Shown piece after piece: positions 56,348 through 64,000 of a DNA stretch of 64,000 bases. The translations under genes and the position numbers were made by a program. Position 1 is the stretch's first letter. Every line of letters begins with the position of its first letter. The DNA comes from a virus. The DNA lies in the IMG/VR virus record IMGVR_UViG_3300032323_002905, positions 25,453 to 89,452 of that record. One strand, given 5' to 3'. Under the pieces are notes generated by a model. That model saw nothing but the letters and a program-made list of their open reading frames with translations, was not told the DNA's origin and searched no databases.

Positions 56348-59300
56348 TTAATCTGGAAATAAAGTAGAACCGGTATCATAAAATAAATATATTTCACCTT
56401 GTTCTGGTATTGTTGTACTTAATAAAAATATGTTCGCTGATACTGTATTTGAATTATAAAGTGTAGGGACATAATTAGTTGGTGTTTTAGGATATTGTAA
56501 AAAGGTATTATTTCCATTTAAATCACCATCTGTTACTTCTAAATTTGTACCTTCTAATTCACCATTAAAATCAAATTCATTAGTTATTAATTGTTCAAAA
56601 TCACCTACTGGTGTTACATTTATTGTATAATAATCTGGCTCAGAATATATTGTAAAATCTGAAAATGTAATTTTTGCTGTATCACTACTATTAAATATTG
56701 TTAAATATCCACTTGTTATATTAAAAGTTTCATTTAATGTATAATTTAACGTTCCTGCTTCTGAATATACTATATTTTGAGTTGTTGGAGAATTATATAA
56801 AGCTACACCTACACTACCTCCTATATTATTTGATGATGATATACTACTAACAATACGAACTGGTCCTGTTAATCCCAAATTAAAAGTTAAAGAATTTGAA
56901 GCACTTATAGTAAATGAAGTAGTAGATGTAGGTAAAGCAGATTGTGTTACTCTAAATTGAAAATCAAGTAAGGAATTTACTTGAGGATCAAAAGTAAGAT
57001 AAAATGTTTGACCTTGTAATGGTGTTGTTGTATATGAAAAATTTAATGTAGCATTAGTAATCATTGAAGTTGGAGATAATAAACTAGAAGTACCAACTGC
57101 TACTAAATTATTTCCTGTTCCTGTATTTGTATATAATTTGATATAATCATTTCCTGTAAGAACTCCAGAACCAGTGATTGATGCTGATATTATAAAAGTA
57201 ATAGGTACTTCAAATTCACTTCCTGCTGTATATATTCCAGTAGTAGGATTAAAATATCCTAAAGTATCTGAAAATTCACTATATAAAGTATCTAAAGGAT
57301 ATTCTGTTCCCGCTGTAAATACATTATCATTGCTGTAAGAAGCAGAAACAAAATAGTTTAATACTCTGTCTGAAGGATATATTAATATTTCAGAATTACG
57401 AATTGATCCACCTTCACTTCCTTCAATATAACCCATCTGAACTGATGAACCAGTAACTAATATATTTTCAGTTAAATAAGGGATATTAGTTGATCCACTA
57501 CCTACAAAAGCAATTGATGAAGTAATATTAGGTTGAGGTAAAGGATATTTATTACGTTCTAAAACATGTTGTTTTACAACAATACCAGCTGCTAAACTTG
57601 TTCTAGCAGGAACCCAATCTTGTAACATTTTAAATAATGAGTTATCAAAAAACTTAATAAGTCTTATGTAATCCCATTCATCATAGTTACTAGTATATTT
57701 TTCAAAATAAGCATCTCTTAAATCATCTAAAAGAGGATATGATTCTTCTTTAGTAGGTACTAATCTTGGATCACCAATATATTCTCCAATATTAAAGTAA
57801 CCTAATTGATCGTAAATATCAATATTAATTTCATCTTGAGGAGAAAATGCTACTTCAACATAATCAATATCCTTAGTAATACTTTGTGATATTGGAGGAT
57901 TTTGTTGTATTGAAATATAAGGAGATAAAGTACTACCTGTAGGCATTATCATACTCGCTACTTTAATCTTATCAGTAATAGGATTTTGAATACCTACTGC
58001 TGGTTGATTATAGTAAGAATATTCTGTATTAGAAGTAAATACTGGAGATGATAAAAAACTAAAACTATTACTACCTGAGAATGAAGATGTAGTAATCCAA
58101 GATCCAGTTACTTTAGGATGTATAGATAATGACGCTGTATATAATTCTCCTCCTAATGAAGCTCTAAATGCTAAAGTATCAGGGGCTGTGTTGATTCCAT
58201 TAACATCAATAGACTGAGGGTTCATTACATAATCATTAAATGCACTTTGGTTTAATGGACTAATGTAATATCTAATTTCTTGAAGTGAACCTGTAAATAT
58301 TTTTCCTGATAAAGATGAAGATATACCAAAATATGATATTGAACTAGAACTCCAAGATGTAGCAGATGATGTGATAGATGATGTTGACTCAAAACCAATA
58401 GTATTACCTTCAAATCCTTGGTAAATATTATTAGCTGCATATAAAGTATAAAGATTTCCTACTTTATTAACTAATACAGACCACCATCCACCATCATAAA
58501 ATGGTAAATAAACACTAGTTGATACACTAGAAGATGCTTGGTTAGGAATAAAATCTAATAACGCGTATTGGTTATAAGGATTAGTAGTTGATCCTGAGTA
58601 TGAACCACTTGTATATCCAGATCCTGTATATCTTAATGTGACATTAACACCAGTATTAGTTGACCATAAAGGAACAGAAGCAATACTCGCTGTATTATAA
58701 GGTAAACCATCTGTTTTAAATCTAAATTCTACAGCTGATGGGCGATTACTTGTAGCGTTCCATGATGAATTTAATACAAATGAAGATGATATAATATTAT
58801 TTCCTTGAGTATCAAAAGTATAATTGTAAACTTGTTTGAAATAATCCCAAGTATTATTGTTTTTATCTTTACCACCATATTCACTTATACTTAATATAGT
58901 TTCAGGAATACCATAAGTAGTAATTAATGCTCTTAAACCCTCATATGAACCTTTTTTCTTTAATAAGTAAGGTAAATTATGGTAAATACGCTTATAAGTT
59001 TCTTTATTAATATCATCTGTACCTACTAGAGATGCTGTGTTAGAGGCGGTTACTATAAGGTTAATGTACTCTAAACCAGTTGGAGCTGGTAATGTAGTTG
59101 TAATATTAGGTATATTATATAAACTTCCTGAATTAGTTAATCCTAAGAAAGCAGTATATAAATTATCTACTGAAAAATTATTTTGGTAAATTTTAACACC
59201 TAGATCTCTTAATATTTGAGCTACTAAGTCTTTAGATACACCATAATTTAATCTATTATCAGCATTATATTTGTTAGTAACATCTTTAATATAAACCCAA

Positions 59301-60607
59301 ATATCATCAAAATATTGACCAATCATCTCAATGAATAACTCATACTGAGCGTTTGCTGGGTCATCTAATAGATAACTAGGGATACTATAAATTAAGTTAT
59401 TACTATTTTCTAAATCATATTCTTCTGCCTCTACTAATTTAACATTTAACCAAGCCTGTGAAGCTGAAGCGTTTGTAGATAAGTTATTGTAAGGAGGAGC
59501 ACTATTAGACTTAGGCCATGAATTACTTCCTGAATCATAATATAAAAAATATTCATAACCATCAAAATTAGTTATAATATCATTTATTTTACTATCCCAA
59601 ATAGTTTGACTACCTGATGTATAATAGTTTGTTGTACCTGAGGTATAACTACTACTAACACTATATTGTTCAATTAATACTAATTTATAGTAAAAATTCT
59701 CTATACGGGTTTGAGCTGAAGAAAAATTACAAAAATTATTAAAATCATTATAATCTATATTAATTTGAATTCCTTTTTCAGCAAGTAAACTATTTAGTTG
59801 ATATTTTAAACTTGATGAATTATTTACTGATGTTGTAGCTTTTAATGAGTTATAATTAACATAATCTGTTGAATTATTAATTTGATCACTAACATTTAAA
59901 TTAGTATTAGGACCACGTAATTGTATAAACTCATCTAATGGTTGAAATACTTGAGTTATTTCAATTTGGTAAGCTAAAGGTTCAGTTATTGTTTCTACTA
60001 CCCAACATTGAGATTGTAAATCAAAATCTAAAGGAAGTGGATCATATAATTTAATTAATATTGTAGGATCATTTGGATTACTATTATCTAATAAAACATT
60101 ATTAGCAATAATAAGTTGATTTGATCCAAAATCTAAATAGAAATCTTTATAACCTCCAAAAGATTGACTAATTTGAAGTTGTAACTCTAATGAAGAATTA
60201 ACAACATCAATATTAGGTATTTGAGTAGTATTTAATCTAATTTCTGTTCTATTAGAACTAATTTGATCAATATAATATCTATTAAGAGCACTAGAGGATA
60301 ATAACGGATTTAAAAAATTATAAACTGTATAATATTGTCCTTCTGTATATCCTTGAGTTTCTAAATCAGTTTGAGGATCAATAGTTAATACATTAGCTCC
60401 TTGAAATGAATAACCGTTATATCCAATTTCATTACTATATAAAATAGTATTATTTAAATCATAAATAAAATACTCTATATAACTAGAAGAAACGTTAAAA
60501 TTATTAGTAACTTCAAAACTAGATATTAAAGATTCATCCTGAGGTGAATATGTTTGGTATTCAAATGTTATAGGATTAATTGGTTGTATATTAACTATTT
60601 TGCTCAT
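56348..60607 (-). CDS. Large baseplate wedge-type protein with LamG-like domain
   Basis: 1419 aa; FIEMIGQYFD..LLKKKGS..LITTYGIP (wedge-like) and VEFRFKT..FTGSLQEIRYY (LamG-like). Confidence 0.7.
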   Translation of the reverse strand: MSKIVNIQPINPITFEYQTYSPQDESLISSFEVTNNFNVSSSYIEYFIYDLNNTILYSNEIGYNGYSFQGANVLTIDPQTDLETQGYTEGQYYTVYNFLNPLLSSSALNRYYIDQISSNRTEIRLNTTQIPNIDVVNSSLELQLQISQSFGGYKDFYLDFGSNQLIIANNVLLDNSNPNDPTILIKLYDPLPLDFDLQSQCWVVETITEPLAYQIEITQVFQPLDEFIQLRGPNTNLNVSDQINNSTDYVNYNSLKATTSVNNSSSLKYQLNSLLAEKGIQINIDYNDFNNFCNFSSAQTRIENFYYKLVLIEQYSVSSSYTSGTTNYYTSGSQTIWDSKINDIITNFDGYEYFLYYDSGSNSWPKSNSAPPYNNLSTNASASQAWLNVKLVEAEEYDLENSNNLIYSIPSYLLDDPANAQYELFIEMIGQYFDDIWVYIKDVTNKYNADNRLNYGVSKDLVAQILRDLGVKIYQNNFSVDNLYTAFLGLTNSGSLYNIPNITTTLPAPTGLEYINLIVTASNTASLVGTDDINKETYKRIYHNLPYLLKKKGSYEGLRALITTYGIPETILSISEYGGKDKNNNTWDYFKQVYNYTFDTQGNNIISSSFVLNSSWNATSNRPSAVEFRFKTDGLPYNTASIASVPLWSTNTGVNVTLRYTGSGYTSGSYSGSTTNPYNQYALLDFIPNQASSSVSTSVYLPFYDGGWWSVLVNKVGNLYTLYAANNIYQGFEGNTIGFESTSSITSSATSWSSSSISYFGISSSLSGKIFTGSLQEIRYYISPLNQSAFNDYVMNPQSIDVNGINTAPDTLAFRASLGGELYTASLSIHPKVTGSWITTSSFSGSNSFSFLSSPVFTSNTEYSYYNQPAVGIQNPITDKIKVASMIMPTGSTLSPYISIQQNPPISQSITKDIDYVEVAFSPQDEINIDIYDQLGYFNIGEYIGDPRLVPTKEESYPLLDDLRDAYFEKYTSNYDEWDYIRLIKFFDNSLFKMLQDWVPARTSLAAGIVVKQHVLERNKYPLPQPNITSSIAFVGSGSTNIPYLTENILVTGSSVQMGYIEGSEGGSIRNSEILIYPSDRVLNYFVSASYSNDNVFTAGTEYPLDTLYSEFSDTLGYFNPTTGIYTAGSEFEVPITFIISASITGSGVLTGNDYIKLYTNTGTGNNLVAVGTSSLLSPTSMITNATLNFSYTTTPLQGQTFYLTFDPQVNSLLDFQFRVTQSALPTSTTSFTISASNSLTFNLGLTGPVRIVSSISSSNNIGGSVGVALYNSPTTQNIVYSEAGTLNYTLNETFNITSGYLTIFNSSDTAKITFSDFTIYSEPDYYTINVTPVGDFEQLITNEFDFNGELEGTNLEVTDGDLNGNNTFLQYPKTPTNYVPTLYNSNTVSANIFLLSTTIPEQGEIYLFYDTGSTLFPD

Positions 60608-60963
60608 TATCGATTAATGCTAGCTGTAGTGGTATTTAATATTTGTTCTTGTAAAGTTAAATTTTCTTGTCTTAATTGAGTTACTTCTTCAATTAATGCT
60701 TGAATAGTATCATCACTGTTACTAAAATCACCAGCATAAGCTTGACTTGTTTTAATTAAATATTCATGTGAATTTGTATTACCATATTTAGGTATTTCAA
60801 AAAATAAAGTTTGATAATTAGTAAAAAATTCAGCTATTGAAATAGATGGTGGAACAACTGAACTAGTAGCGGCGGGCTGAACTAGTTGAGTAAATGAAGT
60901 ATCAATAACTTTTTCATATTGATCCTTTAAAAAAACAGTTTTATTTAAATTTACTTGTTCCAT
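60607..60963 (-). CDS. Hypothetical protein with C-terminal coiled coil
   Basis: 118 aa; coupled by TAATG on both sides. Confidence 0.7.
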   Translation of the reverse strand: MEQVNLNKTVFLKDQYEKVIDTSFTQLVQPAATSSVVPPSISIAEFFTNYQTLFFEIPKYGNTNSHEYLIKTSQAYAGDFSNSDDTIQALIEEVTQLRQENLTLQEQILNTTTASINR

Positions 60964-62069
60964 TATCCATTAACTACTTTAAAGTAATAATTATCATCAA
61001 AAATAAGTACTGAGCCACTAAAAATAGTTTTAATTAATATTTGGTAATTTCTTTCTGGTTCTAAACCATTCATATACATTGTAAAGAAACTACCTGAAAT
61101 GTCTGTACTTAATTTAGTATATGGATCACTATAATTTATAATTACTTCATTAGTAGATAAATCTTTTAATGACCAATATGATTCAGCAGGTAAATAATAG
61201 TTTTCAAGATAAATTGATGCTGTTTGAAATACTACTGGTGGATATGTTGGTCTACAATTTACTCTAAATTTATTAACACTACCACTATAAAAAGTACCTG
61301 GATTTTCTCCTAGTACAACAGTCATTTGAGGTGTATTAATAGTAGTAACTGAAGATGAACCAGAAAAATTAACTGTATCATCCCATCTAAACTCTAATTG
61401 AGGAGGATATATAGTATTAGTATCAATTGAGAAAAACTTAAATTCTACTTGAACATTAGGATTATCTATAAATTCATCTTGATTAGCTTGTTTAACTATA
61501 AATCCATTATTTGGAATACTTGAACTATACCAAGCACTTACCATGTTTTTAACACTAACATTTAAATCAATATTATCTGAATATTGAAATAATTGAGAAG
61601 CTGAGTAAGCAGTTAGCCATACTCCTCCTCCAGGTGTTGTACTATATGAACCTGTAGAACCAGCATTATAAGAAGCTGTAGTCCATTGTTTAGAACCTGA
61701 ATAATCAGTCCATACCCAAGAAACTCCATCTGTAGTGATAGGTTGATCTAAATATTTTCCTGTACCATTATTCCAGCTTTGTGAAGATGGAAAAACATTT
61801 ATTGTTGTAGGTTCATTTAAACCTGTTACAACAGCGGCATAACACTGTAAGTAAGCATCCCATGGTCTTGTTCCTATTTTAGTATTAATAATATCTCTCA
61901 TTTCGTTTGAATCGAATTGAATTAAAAATCTACTAACTTGAGGATTTGGAACAAATGGACCAAATGTTGTTGTTGTTGCTTCTATGATCTCATCAATACC
62001 TGTATTCATCTGTGGGAACATAGAATACATAGTTGCATCTTGAGTAGGAAATATTTTATATACTGCCAT
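60963..62069 (-). CDS. Baseplate-associated beta-sandwich protein (DNRLRE-like)
   Basis: DATMYS, SRFLIQFD, NNGFIVK and PPQLEFRWDD motifs. Confidence 0.6.
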   Translation of the reverse strand: MAVYKIFPTQDATMYSMFPQMNTGIDEIIEATTTTFGPFVPNPQVSRFLIQFDSNEMRDIINTKIGTRPWDAYLQCYAAVVTGLNEPTTINVFPSSQSWNNGTGKYLDQPITTDGVSWVWTDYSGSKQWTTASYNAGSTGSYSTTPGGGVWLTAYSASQLFQYSDNIDLNVSVKNMVSAWYSSSIPNNGFIVKQANQDEFIDNPNVQVEFKFFSIDTNTIYPPQLEFRWDDTVNFSGSSSVTTINTPQMTVVLGENPGTFYSGSVNKFRVNCRPTYPPVVFQTASIYLENYYLPAESYWSLKDLSTNEVIINYSDPYTKLSTDISGSFFTMYMNGLEPERNYQILIKTIFSGSVLIFDDNYYFKVVNG

Positions 62070-62079
62070 TATTTAATTA

Positions 62080-63936
62080 TTATAAAGGTACTACTTTACC
62101 TTGAATGTCTGTGTCTAAGTATTTTACTTCAAATATAGATGGATCTAAACTAGGATAGATAACATTATTAGCTGTTGCACCGGTAATGTCATAAGCATAT
62201 GGTGAATATCCTAAATTAGTACCTACTTTATTTACAATATCTACTGTTTTTACTGTTTGAACTCCTTCAATCCTATCTAAAATTATATACACATTACGTA
62301 ATATAATAGGTTGATTAATTTGCCAATTACTAACTTTAAAATAGTCTTGTAAAGCTAATATACAAGCAGTTAATACTTGATTATTATTATAGTTAGGTAA
62401 AATTATAATTTCAAAATTAACACCTATATTAATAATAAATCCATCTTTAATATTAATAGAATCGTTAACCATTCTATACTGTGATAAATAGGTAATTATA
62501 TTTTGTTTTAAAGCTAAAGAACCTGTAGTTAATTGGCCTTGAGCATTATTACTTAAAATATATAAATCTAATATTGAATTTGATTCACCTGCTGAAATGG
62601 TTTGTGCTTTAGTAGGTTCAATATATGCTTTAGCTACTGTACCATATTTAGCTGGCATGGCTAATGTTCTAACTAAATAATCATCTTGAGTAACAGTACG
62701 TTGTTGTGAAGCAAAGTTAGCTGATGCGTTTTGTCTAATTTCTTCTTCTGTATCTCCACTACCTCCTCCACTAGCTGCTTCTGGGTTTGAAACTGCTAAT
62801 GAATTAAATATTGTATTAGCGGTAGTAGTATTTAAATTACTATTTAAAAATTGAACATTTCCATTTAATTGAGTTAAATCATTAGATGGTACGTTTGCTG
62901 TAACTCCACCTCCAGTTAAGTAATTAAAAGTTAATTGAGTACTAGATGGGGCTATACCATATGTACGAGTAAAAGTAAAGTTATTAGGAGAATAAGCTGC
63001 TGTTAATCTATCTTTTTCAAATGGTAAACCTAAACCAACATTATCTGGGTTAGGGATAATTTCTTCATCTTTATCAGTAGCAGTACCTGCTCCAAATTGA
63101 ATTTGTAATGAACCTGAATCAATAAAACGAGTAACAAATCTTCTTTGTACTTGTTCTAATTGTAATAAATAAGGTGTATCACCTTGATATTGTGATAAAT
63201 AAGGATCATTAGTATTAGTATTTTTAATTGACTTATAAATAGTATCTTGAGCTAAATAATCAACTTCATACCATTGATTACTATCACTATCAAAACAATC
63301 TAGTATACCAATAATATTTTCATCAGTTAATTCAATAGTTGCAAATTGAACTGGATCACCAAAAGTATAAGTTTTAGATTTAAGAGTCGCTGAAATAGCT
63401 TTACGAGTTTTCTTTAGTAAGAACGATTGAGGCGTTGATCCTGCTATTTGATATATAGTAACTTCTGTTGGGTCTCCAGAACTTGACACTGAAAAATCAA
63501 CTGGATCACCAACTAAAAATGAAATATTTGAATTAAGATTAGATGTTACTCTAGAATTAGGTTCAATATATAAAGCATAATTAAAATCAGGTACATAAGT
63601 TGAACCTGATAATTTAGCAGGTACTTGTTGATAAAAATTAATATCAGCTAATGCTACTCCTGTTACATTTGGTTTATAACCAAACATGTAAGCTAACTCA
63701 TATAAGTTATTTGTTTGACGAGCATATTGTAAAAATGTTTCTTGGAATTGATTATCTAAATAGAATGATAAAACATCACCTACATAAGCTGCCATTTCCA
63801 TAAACATCATACCTGGTGATGCTGGAGTAAAATCGTTATACGTAGTTGGAAAATACGTTTTAGCGTAATTAACTAAACTAGATCTTAACTCTGTAAAATC
63901 TTTATTTAGGTACTTTATATCTTTAATTGTTGCCAT
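62080..63936 (-). CDS. Baseplate wedge protein (T4 gp6-like)
   Basis: KDFTELRSSL, AAYVGDVLSFYLD, IQFGAG, GGG..EEIRQNA and RTVTQDDY motifs. Confidence 0.9.
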   Translation of the reverse strand: MATIKDIKYLNKDFTELRSSLVNYAKTYFPTTYNDFTPASPGMMFMEMAAYVGDVLSFYLDNQFQETFLQYARQTNNLYELAYMFGYKPNVTGVALADINFYQQVPAKLSGSTYVPDFNYALYIEPNSRVTSNLNSNISFLVGDPVDFSVSSSGDPTEVTIYQIAGSTPQSFLLKKTRKAISATLKSKTYTFGDPVQFATIELTDENIIGILDCFDSDSNQWYEVDYLAQDTIYKSIKNTNTNDPYLSQYQGDTPYLLQLEQVQRRFVTRFIDSGSLQIQFGAGTATDKDEEIIPNPDNVGLGLPFEKDRLTAAYSPNNFTFTRTYGIAPSSTQLTFNYLTGGGVTANVPSNDLTQLNGNVQFLNSNLNTTTANTIFNSLAVSNPEAASGGGSGDTEEEIRQNASANFASQQRTVTQDDYLVRTLAMPAKYGTVAKAYIEPTKAQTISAGESNSILDLYILSNNAQGQLTTGSLALKQNIITYLSQYRMVNDSINIKDGFIINIGVNFEIIILPNYNNNQVLTACILALQDYFKVSNWQINQPIILRNVYIILDRIEGVQTVKTVDIVNKVGTNLGYSPYAYDITGATANNVIYPSLDPSIFEVKYLDTDIQGKVVPL

Positions 63937-64000
63937 TAATTGAATGCTATATCTAATTGATCACTTATATTAGTGTCTGCTATTGTATATTTTAATGTTA
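63936..64000 (-). CDS. C-terminal end of an upstream gene (possibly gp25-like baseplate protein)
   Basis: ...TLKYTIADTNISDQLDIAFN* overlaps the gp6-like ATG via TAATG; identity inferred from synteny. Confidence 0.45.
   Translation of the reverse strand, partial: TLKYTIADTNISDQLDIAFN

Noticed and set aside
1-64000. Stop-codon recoding, introns, inteins, tRNAs
   Set aside because: Core genes (terL, portal, MCP, primase) are intact and of normal size in code 11; TAA, TAG and TGA all terminate genes; no cloverleaf was seen in the short gaps.

Overview
This is a 64-kb, very AT-rich segment of a large T4-like (myovirus-type) bacteriophage genome, with essentially every real gene on the minus strand in standard code 11. 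In transcription order (right to left) it holds: baseplate genes; a GIY-YIG nuclease, primase and PD-(D/E)XK exonuclease; a ~17-kb cluster of small/accessory genes (zeta-like kinase, nucleotidyltransferase, 5'-nucleotidase, Mn-type SOD, FAD oxidoreductase, phosphoesterase); a spanin-like pair; terminase, portal, prohead protease, scaffold, major capsid, PhoH and neck/tail-terminator genes; two Gly-X-Ser-repeat fibre proteins flanking two glycosyltransferases; and the start of the tail sheath. Bacteroidetes-style promoters (TTTG-N19/20-TATATTTA), the near absence of Shine-Dalgarno motifs and GNVGIGT fibre repeats point to a Bacteroidota host. The top candidate for an undescribed system is about 20 otherwise unrelated proteins, including enzymes, that carry short N-terminal leaders. 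These leaders resemble motifs of the scaffold/capsid proteins and end in (L/I)-x-E prohead-protease-type sites, suggesting a modular capsid-loading tag and cargo array. A second candidate is phage-encoded glycosylation of Ser-rich fibres. Product calls come from motif recognition only; no database search was run.
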